Shown piece after piece: positions 27,339 to 36,896 of a stretch of DNA of 64,000 nt; the first letter of the stretch is position 1; each line of letters opens with the position of its first letter. Origin of the DNA: Balamuthia mandrillaris. Lineage: Eukaryota. Location: the NCBI GenBank assembly GCA_031835245.2, contig JAVKOQ020000007.1, forward strand, positions 186,001 to 250,000, read 5' to 3'. The translations under genes and the position numbers were made by a program. The notes under the pieces were generated by a model. That model had not been told where the DNA came from and did no database searches. It saw only the letters and a list, made by a program, of their open reading frames with translations.

Positions 27339-27370
<32 letters not shown>

Positions 27371-27871
27371 ACAGATGGATCTCCGAAGAGAATCCGATTA
27401 TCAACAGAAGCGCGATGGGCATTTTAAAGATATGGCGTAGGGGCGACGTGTTAAATTATGGGATGATTTTGTGTCGACGGGAAAATTGGTGCTGGTGTGG
27501 TGGCGGTGCAGTGAAGGGACGAAACAACGTTTACGGTGGAAACCGAACAGGACCCGCCTAACCCACGACGAGACAAAGCAAAATCGAGAGCAAATAGAAG
27601 CCATATCCACAGAAAACTTACTCCCGGCGCTCTCTGGCGCACTCCTTTCCTTCAGCTGTTGCTTCGGAACGAATTCCCGGAGGTTCCGAGTCGTAGGTCG
27701 GCGAATGCACATTCGTTCCTTAAAAAACGACCAAGCATGATGCTATCTTCCGATGTTGCCCTGGACCGACTCGATGCCCGTGCGGAAGCACGCCAAGGGC
27801 GCTGGGCGCTGCGTCAAAGAAGGCCTGCGTTCGGTTGAAGAAAGAAGGGCCGCACGCTTTGTTCCGCCCTA

Positions 27872-28097
27872 GGAGAGAGGAGAGAGGAGAGAGGAGAGAG
27901 GAGAGAGGAGAGAGGAGAGAGGAGAGAGGAGAGAGGAGAGAGGGAGAGAGGAGGAGAGAGGAGAGAGGAGAGAGGGAGAGAGGAGAGAGGGAGAGAGGAG
28001 AGGAGAGGGGCAGAGAGGAGAGGAGAGAGGAGAGAGGAGAGAGCAGAGAGCAGAGAGGAGAGAGCAGAGAGGAGAGAGGAGAGAGCAGAGAGGAGAG
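27872..28097. repeat. (GGAGA/GAGAG)n polypurine tract
   Basis: About 225 nt, almost all purine, ending about 30 nt before the LRR gene ATG. Confidence 0.95.
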
Positions 28098-28124
28098 AAC
28101 GAGAGCTTTCCCCTTGGGAAGAAG

Positions 28125-29514
28125 ATGGATCTATTTGGAGAGGAGGAGGAGCAAGCAGAGGTGGGCAAATACATGTTTGCTGGGGTGGAAGAGGAGGAGG
28201 AGGAGAGCGCAACAGAAAAAGAAAAAGCGCGACCGAACGCTGTGAAAGATGAAGTCGCGAATGGCAGCCTTTTCTTCCCCGAAAGAAGGAAACAAGCCGG
28301 CAGGCAACGCACCGGTTGGGCCGAAAGAAGAGCGGCTGCCGAAGATGGGGTCCCCTCGTTGCTCATCCAATGCTTGGACGTGGTGGCTCTCCACCTCGAC
28401 ATGCGCAACAACAGCAACTCACAAATGACCAAAAGAGACTTGGAATGGCTTCCGCTTGAACTGAAAGAAAGATTGGTCAGCCATTTGATCAAAGTGTGTA
28501 CCTTTGTCCCCCTCTCATTCTTTTCTCTGAAAGATGTTGCCCCTAATCTTCTGATCAAAACACAAAAAGTACCACAAGTTGACCGATGAGAACTTTATGG
28601 CGTGCGTTCCTTCGGGTGTTGGAGCGTTGGACCTGACGGAGGCACTTGGCTTGACGAGGAAGTCCATCGAAGCGGTGGCAAACACTTGTCCGCGGCTGCA
28701 CACCCTCAACCTCACTTATTGTTGGGACATTTCCACCGAGCTCATGCCTCATTTACCACGCGTATGCTTTTTCTCTTGTCTCTTCCTCTCTTCGTTGTTC
28801 TCTTCATCGTTCTCGTTCTCGTTCTCGTTCTCGTGCTCTCCTCTCTCTCTCTCTCCCTCTCTCTCTCCTTTCACTTATCTTTTGTTCTCTGCTGTGTCTT
28901 CTTCTGCACTACTACCAACAGCTCTTCTCAAACTTGGCTTCTCTAGTACTGGACAAGTTGACACTAGAACCCGACATTGTACATAGTCTTCTTACCAACG
29001 GTGAACAGCTTCGCTCCCTCAGTTTGCGGGAAACCGAGACCTCATTTTCTCTTCGTGCAATTACCGGTATACCTCCTGTTCGTTCCCGGTTCCTTTCTTC
29101 TTTCTTCCTTCCGTTCTTCTTTCTCATTCTCTGATTTCCTAAAAGGTTTAACACGGCTAGAGTCGTTAACAATCACTCATGAACAAGTCACCGCAACATC
29201 TGATGATGTCGCTCCTTTCAACACTTTCCTTGAGCGCAACACATCCCTGCGGCACTTAAACTTGTACATGGCATTCCATCCCCAAAAAAGGATTAGCTAT
29301 CGAACGAGCCATGACGATGACGAGTATTATGCGGGTCTCAACTTTCATTTGGCCACTGGATTGCTTTCTTTGGACTTGTCCCACCACCCTATTTTGACTC
29401 AGCAGCTGCAGGAGATTTGTGGTCAGTGCACTGACCTGGTTTCTCTTTCATTGGAAGGTTGTAAACGGTTAGTTCTTCTTCCTCGTCGCAGTTGCTGTTG
29501 TGCTCCGAAGGACT

Positions 29515-29554
<40 letters not shown>

Positions 29555-30202
29555 CTCTCTCTCCTTTGGTAACCGTTATCGTGTTTGTTTGCACAACACC
29601 AAAATTCAACTAAATGAGCAACCAACAACCACAACAAAAGTTATGAATTAAACTTTAGCTCCATTAGTGAGTGCAAACAACTACGGTGGCTCAACTTGCG
29701 TAAGACTAACGTATCGGACGGGCAGCTGTTGAGCATTGGCAAAGGTTGTCCTCATTTACAATATCTTGACATAGCCCACACTTTGGTTACAGCAGCGGCA
29801 TTCCATTATTACAATCAATACGGCTTTGACTTCTCTGCTCCTGGTGCGTTTGCTCTTCTGAGTTTTGTTTTACTTTTTTTCATATTACTTCTTATCTTTT
29901 GGTCGTGTTAAAAACAAACAGCGGAGGTCATATTAGCGTTTGGCAATTTGCAAGAACTTAACGCCAGTTGGACCCCCTTGAGCAACTACACACAACCCGG
30001 TCCTGTTCTTCCTCGCTATGGCCTTCCTACATCTTCCTCTCCCACCACCTACGTTACCGCTTTACGGTTTGGCCTCATGGATTGCTTGCCGTGGTTGCCG
30101 GAATGCCTGGAACGGCTGACCCTCTCCCTCCCTCAGGCTCTGCTTCCAAAGCTCAGAGCTGCACACCCTCGGCTCAGCGCCCTCACCATCCTCATGGAAT
30201 AA
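28125..30202 (+). CDS. Leucine-rich repeat protein (RNI/FBXL-type) with N-terminal BC-box/cullin-box-like motif, multi-exon
   Basis: ANTCPRLHTLNLTYCWDI, QCTDLVSLSLEGC, KGCPHLQYLDIAHT; N-terminal VPSLLIQCLDVV...LPLELKERLV. Confidence 0.82.
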
Positions 30203-30338
30203 AGGGGGGGTCCACTGTCGGCAAGAAATGGTCGACACAAAATATCCATGTCGTCGTGATGGATCTCACCCATAAATTTGTAAAAACTTGCAGAGAGAAA
30301 AAAGAAAAAAAAAAGGTTTGGGAGGCTGCAAGGAAGGG

Positions 30339-30540
30339 ATGAGTGCTTCTGCCCAGGCCGTGAAGGTGGTGGTCGTCGGTAGCAATGGAGTTGGAAAGAC
30401 CAGCTTGTGCTGTGCCTACGCGGATGGCCGCGTCCCTTCCGAACTGCCCGATGTGTCATTACCCAAGACCCTCTCCAAACGAGTGGAAGGAAAAGAGCTC
30501 AGCGTAGCTCTCTACGACACCGATGGTAACTTGCCTTGTT

Positions 30541-30587
<47 letters not shown>

Positions 30588-31098
30588 AGCTTTTTCTGAT
30601 CCGACTTTCACAGGCACACGTACAAAGGATGTAAATAGAGTTCGCCCATTGCAATACGAAAACGCCAACGTATTTCTGGTGTGCTACTCGTTGGCCTCTC
30701 CCGCTTCCTTGCAGTCGGTCCGCAAGTGGGTCAGCGAGGTCGCTGCCCATTGCCCAGGCGTTCCCGTTGTGCTGGTGGGTTGTCAGTCCGACCGAAGAAC
30801 AAAACTCGAAAACGGCGAAAAGGAGGAGGCGCAGAAAGAGGAAGAGGAGGACGGGGAGGGGGAGGAGGAAGAAAAAGCGGCGGAGGAGGTCCGTGCGGAC
30901 AAAGTTGGAGCGGTGAGCAAGGAGGAGGGGGAGGCCATGGCCAGAGAAGTCAAGGCCTGCGCTTTGGTGGAATGCTCTGCCGTGGAGAAGGCAGGCCTGA
31001 ACGACGTCTTTGGCGAGGCCTATCGCGCCATCTTTCATGGCAACAAGTCAGGCTCATCTTCCAAATCTTCTGGAGAGCGCAGGTGTCTCTTCATGTAA
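30339..31098 (+). CDS. Atypical Rho/Rac-family small GTPase, 2 exons
   Basis: KVVVVGSNGVGKTS, LYDTD|G, RVRPLQYENANVFLVCYS, ECSA, CaaX CLFM. Confidence 0.9.
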
Positions 31099-31294
31099 AA
31101 AGTACAGGGCACGATACGTTTGACAACGTGACTATTTTTGCTATTGTGTGTTGTTAGAAGGCTGCTTCGTTTTGTTGTAAGATTAAAGATTAAAAGTTGG
31201 TTTTGTCTTTCTTTCTTCGCTTAGCTCCACTACACTCAAGCGCAAAAAGAACCAGACACCAACCAAATACACTGTGGAGCAAGAGAGGAGAGAG

Positions 31295-32440
31295 ATGGAA
31301 ACAACAAAAAGCAACAACAAAAAGGGAGTAGCTGCTGGTGGTGAGCCGACGGCTCCACCGCGACTGCGCATTCTCTGCCTTCATGGCTACATGCAAAGCG
31401 GGCCCATCTTTCAGCGGTCCAGCATGAAGCATCTCAAGTTCGTAACGAACATGCTCTCTTCTTGTTTTTTTTTTTTTTGTTTTATCTCACTCGTTTTCAA
31501 GGGAGCGCGTTTTGGATCTCAAAGCAAAGAACTTCTTTCCCGAACTCGGTTTGTTTCTCTATCTCGAGAAGCAAGACCTCTGTGGGTGATCGTCATCATC
31601 TGTTCTCACTTTTGTTGAAAAAATAAATAAATAAATAGTGTGCCCCACAGCACCGCTTCGGTTAGGAGTGAACGAGGAAGGAGAAGAAGTATTTGGCTGG
31701 TGGCAAACGGAACCCAAAGAGCAGTTCTTGACGGCATCCAAGCAACGTGGCTTCGAGGAGTCCTTCGCTTACCTCACGACTTTCATCCAAGAGGAAGAGG
31801 CTACCAACGTGCGTTTTCTTCCTTCCTTTAGGTTTCGTCTGTTGTCTTTTCTTCTTCCCTTGTTGTTGTTACCCTTTGTCATGCTACCAACAGGGTCCCT
31901 TCGATGGGGTGATAGGGTTCTCTCAGGGCGGAATCATGGCCTCCTTGTTGTGCATGCTGTCCGGCCCTTGTGCCAGCAACAACAAAGACAATAACAAGAG
32001 CTCTCCTTATGCTTCTCTGGGCGAGCAAGAAGAAACGCGGCAAATGGAGTGGCCAACATTTTCATTCAAGTTTGCCATCATGTACTCTTCTTTTCCAACA
32101 CAGGCACAGCCCATGACCCAGCTCTATTCAAGAATTGTTCCGGTACAGCCTCCTCAATCTCTCTCTCTCTCTCTCTCTCTCCTCTCTTCATCGCTGAACT
32201 GTTAACAAACAACAGGATGACGAAAGGGCATGCATTCCAACGTTGCATTGTTGGGGAGCAAAGGATGATTTGGTTCCTCCCTCAGCAAGCAAGCGGTTGG
32301 CCGAGCTGTTCGGGAGCCACGCCGCCACGCAGGAGCACAAAGGCGGCCACGTCATCCCCACCAACTCCCCCGCCAAGAAGGCCATTCGCGGGTTGTTGAA
32401 CCCCTATTGCGGGTTTTTGTACGGGAATATTCAAGGTTAG
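31295..32440 (+). CDS. FSH1/OVCA2-family serine hydrolase, multi-exon
   Basis: RILCLHGYMQSG, GPFDGVIGFSQGG nucleophile elbow, HCWGAKDDLV, HKGGHVIP. Confidence 0.93.
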
Positions 32441-32627
32441 GGTTATTTATCTTAATTAGGGCTGTGAGACCGTAAATCTCGGTGAAAAAAGGCGGAAAGT
32501 AGATCGAACCCACGAATGGACTTGACACGTGAACTATTTTTTCTTTTTTCAGGTTTTGTGAAAAGAAAGAAAAGTTTTTGTTTTGCGATTCACAAACAAA
32601 CTACAAGCAAGGTAACTACAAACAACA

Positions 32628-33045
32628 ATGAAAGTTCTGGTGACCGTACTATTCGCTCTCTGCGTGGCCTTGGTGGCGGCCGCGGGTCTGGCTGGTGGCT
32701 GGCACCAAGTCCCCGAGGAGGAGTTCGCCCAGGAGCACGTCAAGCAGGTGTTGGCCTTTTCTGGCGAGACCCTGCGCAGCGAGCTCGGCGATGAGGTGGT
32801 TGCCACCAAAATAGTTTCTGTGGAGAGACAGGTACCTCTTCTCCTCTACTTTTTTGCGTGCTGAAGTGGCGTATTGAAAGAAACTGATGGGTTTTTTTTT
32901 GGTTGTTTTCTAGGTAGTGGCTGGCCTCAACTGGAGAATTACGCTCGACCTGACCAAGGCCTGCGGTGAGCACGAAACCCAAGTCATCACCATCTACCAG
33001 AACTTGCAGGGCGAATACCAAGTCACCTCTCGTGTGACCTTGTAA
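32628..33045 (+). CDS. Secreted cystatin (cysteine protease inhibitor), 2 exons
   Basis: Signal peptide, LAGGW, Q|VVAG motif rebuilt across the intron. Confidence 0.88.
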
Positions 33046-33195
33046 AAAAACAAAAAAAAAAAATCAAAAATCAATCAATCATCAGCTCATCGAATTTGCA
33101 TTTTGTAAATAATCGTACCACAAAAAAAATAAACGCAAATGTACTCCCCCTTTTTTTAAAAAAAAAATAATAACAAACACAAAAAAACAAGTTGG

Positions 33196-36100
33196 TCACG
33201 AAAAACCAAACAATTTTTTCTTCTTGGACCCTTTCTTCTCATCTTCATCCGTTCCTCCACCCGCCACCCCTTTGTCAGCGGAGCCCTTCTTGTTGAACGC
33301 AGAGACGATGCGTCCCCGAATGGTTCCCCCGGTGCTGTTGCCTGAAGAAGGAAGGCCCGAAGCCGAAGAAGCCAGTGGATTAGGTTGCTCTGGCGTAGAA
33401 CCCCCTGCGCCAATGCCTGAGTTGCTTTCGCTGCCGCTGCTGGGGGCCAAAGAGCCCCTCCGATCCTTCTTCTTTTCCTTCTTCAGTTTCATGCTCTTGA
33501 TGCGCTTGGGCATGGATGCCCCTTTCTTCTTCTGATGCTGCTGTTCTTGCTCCTCCACGACCACGCTGCCGCTGTTGGTGGCGGCATGTTCCTCCCCCCC
33601 CTCTCCCTCTTCCTCGCTGCTCTCTCCTTCCCCTCCCCCATCTAACAGCGTGCCCAACCCTGTGCCAGCGATGTTGGAGATGGCGGAGCCGGAGGGGAGG
33701 CCCTCTGCGGCCTTGGCGGGCTCGCTCTGCAAGGCCTTGGCCCTCTCTCTGGCGTCCTCGATGAGCCTGATGATTTCCTTCTTGGCCTCGATGGAGGACG
33801 TCCTGATGACCACCCTTTTGTCCAGCAGGCGGTTGACGAGGACAAAGCTGGTGGAGCTGCCCGCCATTTGCATCTGTGTGGCCGCCATCAACATTTGCAT
33901 CTGCATCTCCAACTCTCCTGGTGGCAGTGCTCCCACGTGTGGTTGTTGTTGGTCTGTGGACGTGGTAGAGGCAGGAGAGGTAGGATCAGGAGCTTCCTCT
34001 GCTTCTGTTGTGGCAGCTCTTTCTTCGGATGCAGCGGCAGCTGCGGTGCCGCCACCGTTGTGAAGGCCGGAAATGGAGCGCCGCCATTGCTCCTGTTTGC
34101 CAACTAGGGGACTGTCAGAGCCACTGCCTTCCAGTGGTTGTTGTTGGTGGCGTTGGGTATGGATACCACTGCCTTCGCTTTCGGTGCCATCTTCGCCATC
34201 ATCCACAACAGGTGCACCCAGTTTGATTTCAGAGGAGGTACGACTCATACCTCCTCCTCCTTTTGTTTGTAACTGATGCTGCAGACCTGCAGATGAGGGC
34301 CTGTGGTGATAGTGATGTTGTTCGGCACCAGCTGCTGGCTTGTTGAGCTTGGAGTCTTCTTTGGACTTTAACCAATCCTCCAAAAGGCTGAGCTTGACTT
34401 CGTAGTGCAACAAGTTATAGTGCCTTATGAACTTGAACTTGTCCGACTTGAGCTTTTGCACTTCGACCATCATGTCATCAAAGAGGAAGAAGTGGTGCTC
34501 CTTGAACTTGATGCTGTCAGTGTGGTTGATGAACCGACCTTCTTCTCCGGGTTGCACCTCGTGAGAGCTCAGAGTCAGTTCCTTGATGAGCTCTCGGTGA
34601 GGACGGTCAAAGATATCCACGCCTTTTGGTTTACAAGCATCCTTCAGCTTGTAGAGCTTCTGGCGGGTCTCTTGGCTGCGTTTGCTCTCATTGACGTACT
34701 TGTTGACGTTTTGGATAGTGCCCAAGAGGTTCTTTATCTTGGAGTGCTCCGCGCTGTCGTCTGGCGTGTAGCGCAGAATGTCACGCAACAGTAACTCATA
34801 ACGAGGCAAACGTTGTACCGGCTTTGAAAGAGGAAAGGAGAAATAAGCAAACGGATATAGCAAGAAGAAATAAGCAAACGGATATAGCAAGAAGAAACAA
34901 CTGAAACGAAGAAGGAAGGGACAGAAGGAAGGAAGCAGTACCATGATGAGGTGATCATGAAGGCCAAGGCTGTTGCACTCGGGTCTACTCTTACATTGCT
35001 GAAGGAAGGCCTTGAAGGCGGCGCTATTGGACAACTTCTTCACTCTCTTGTGCGCGTTGTCATAGTTGTTGATGTACTGAGTGTACATCTTCAAGAAGGG
35101 GATGAAAGTTCCCAAGTTATCGCACAGATTCTTCAGGATGGAGCCGCCTCCTTCCTCGTGGGTCTTTTCAAGATCAGACAGCAGCTTCTGGTTGAGCTCA
35201 AAGATGACGTCCACGTTGGAGAACACGGTTTGGATGTCCTTGACGCTCATCAGTTCATCTGCCCGAACTCCCTTGAGATATACTTCCACCAACACTCGAA
35301 GCCCGTTCACGTAGGTTCGTTCCGTTTGCAGGAACTCGGCTGTCAATGCTTCCACCTGTTGTTCTGGTGTCTTCTTTCGATCGGGTTGTGGAGTGGTAGG
35401 TTGTGACGTTGTGGTGCCCTTGAGAGCTTCGATGGCTGAAGAAGAATGAGATGGAGACGGAGACGGAGAGGAAGGCGCAGGTGGAAGTTTAGTGGGCGTG
35501 GCATCGCTGCTTACTGACATGTCTGGTTGTGGAGGTGGTTGCAGTTGATTGGAGGAGGTGTTGTTTTTGCCATAGCTTTGGCTCAGACTTCGAACGAGCG
35601 GGGAGACCTTCGGCGGGTTTGGATTACTGTTGCTGCTGCTGTTGAGAGAAGAAATGGTCGCAGAAGGCCCTCTGGTGCTCCCCCGGTTTCCTGCGCCGGT
35701 GCCAGCAACAAGAGCAGCTACTGTTCCTGAACCCGCAGCGCCTACAGTGACGGTAGGGGTAGAAGCACCCATGACGATAGAGGAGGGATGCCCAGGTTTA
35801 GGATACGCTTCTTTGAGAATCTCCTCCACTTTGGCTCTTGCTTCGCTCATAGGAACGGGGGTCACTGCTGGTCGCTTCAACAGGTCAGACTGCCACTGTT
35901 GGAGTTTCTTTACCATTGTTTCGTGGACCTCTTTGAGCCTTTGCAGTTCTTCCTCTGGGGACATGTTGGTTTTTGTGATAAGAGACGCGACCTTGGAACC
36001 CGCTCCTTGACCGCTGCCTCCTGCAACCGCTTGTACTTGTTCTTGTATCTGTTGCACGTTCGGCCTTGGAAGAGTTGCTGTAATAGTTGTTGTTGTTGCG

Positions 36101-36471
36101 GAGACAACAGGTTCAGAGTGGGAGGTTGTCGCGTAAGCAGGAAGAGACGATGAGGAAGCAGACAATGAGGAGAAAGAAGCCTCGCTGAATGTTGGAGAAG
36201 GTTTGGTATCGCGAGAAGGAGGAGGGGGAGGCTGTGTGGATCTGGGGCTTAGTACCGCTGGAGGCTGCGTTGCGGCGTTGTCTGTAGCGCTGGTGGGAGC
36301 TGTGGTTGACGTTGGGGTGGGAGAGGCGTGCTGAGTTGGTGTCGGTGGTAAAGCACGAGTAGGGACGGCATGCTTGGTGGGAGGGGCTACTATTTGCGGC
36401 GTTGTTGCAGTTGTTGATGTCTCAACAGCCTTGCCTTCGCCTTCCGGCGAAGAGTTCTCAGGTTGTTCCAT
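33196..36471 (-). CDS. Dbl-homology (DH-PH) Rho guanine nucleotide exchange factor
   Basis: EFLQTERTYVNGL, FLKMYTQYINNY, LIM|PVQRLPRYELLLRDIL, followed by PH-like sequence; one intron 34822-34941. Confidence 0.95.
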   Translation of the reverse strand: MEQPENSSPEGEGKAVETSTTATTPQIVAPPTKHAVPTRALPPTPTQHASPTPTSTTAPTSATDNAATQPPAVLSPRSTQPPPPPSRDTKPSPTFSEASFSSLSASSSSLPAYATTSHSEPVVSATTTTITATLPRPNVQQIQEQVQAVAGGSGQGAGSKVASLITKTNMSPEEELQRLKEVHETMVKKLQQWQSDLLKRPAVTPVPMSEARAKVEEILKEAYPKPGHPSSIVMGASTPTVTVGAAGSGTVAALVAGTGAGNRGSTRGPSATISSLNSSSNSNPNPPKVSPLVRSLSQSYGKNNTSSNQLQPPPQPDMSVSSDATPTKLPPAPSSPSPSPSHSSSAIEALKGTTTSQPTTPQPDRKKTPEQQVEALTAEFLQTERTYVNGLRVLVEVYLKGVRADELMSVKDIQTVFSNVDVIFELNQKLLSDLEKTHEEGGGSILKNLCDNLGTFIPFLKMYTQYINNYDNAHKRVKKLSNSAAFKAFLQQCKSRPECNSLGLHDHLIMVLLPSFCPFLLRFSCFFLLYPFAYFFLLYPFAYFSFPLSKPVQRLPRYELLLRDILRYTPDDSAEHSKIKNLLGTIQNVNKYVNESKRSQETRQKLYKLKDACKPKGVDIFDRPHRELIKELTLSSHEVQPGEEGRFINHTDSIKFKEHHFFLFDDMMVEVQKLKSDKFKFIRHYNLLHYEVKLSLLEDWLKSKEDSKLNKPAAGAEQHHYHHRPSSAGLQHQLQTKGGGGMSRTSSEIKLGAPVVDDGEDGTESEGSGIHTQRHQQQPLEGSGSDSPLVGKQEQWRRSISGLHNGGGTAAAAASEERAATTEAEEAPDPTSPASTTSTDQQQPHVGALPPGELEMQMQMLMAATQMQMAGSSTSFVLVNRLLDKRVVIRTSSIEAKKEIIRLIEDARERAKALQSEPAKAAEGLPSGSAISNIAGTGLGTLLDGGGEGESSEEEGEGGEEHAATNSGSVVVEEQEQQHQKKKGASMPKRIKSMKLKKEKKKDRRGSLAPSSGSESNSGIGAGGSTPEQPNPLASSASGLPSSGNSTGGTIRGRIVSAFNKKGSADKGVAGGGTDEDEKKGSKKKKLFGFS

Positions 36472-36759
36472 ACCTCCCCGCACTAGCGAACCAGTGAACG
36501 CTTAAAATTAAATTGAAGCGACGTCGCGTTGAGTACCCGACCTTTGGTTTTCCTTTGCCGTTCTCTCCTTTCTTCTCCCAACAAACTCCCTCCTCCTCAA
36601 CCAAAACCCTGGCCAACCAATTCTTGTGGCTGCACGAAGAGACATATGATTCCCTATTTTAGCCCAGCACGAAACTCCGTTGGTTTCCTTTTTAACGACT
36701 TGAGCGTGTCCCTCTGCGAAGAGCAAAAAAGAAAAAGGACAGCGTGTGTGTGAGAGAGA

Positions 36760-36800
<41 letters not shown>

Positions 36801-36896
36801 CAACAACTCACAGGAAGTGGCCATACAAGTGGTTTTGTTTAACAGTAATAAAAAATTTGAAAAGTGGAAATAAAAAGAAGAATCCTTACTGTTTCT

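Noticed and set aside
27814..28558. ORFs with SPLSSLL/ERGER repeats
   Set aside because: They arise from the polypurine tract and the antisense of the LRR exon
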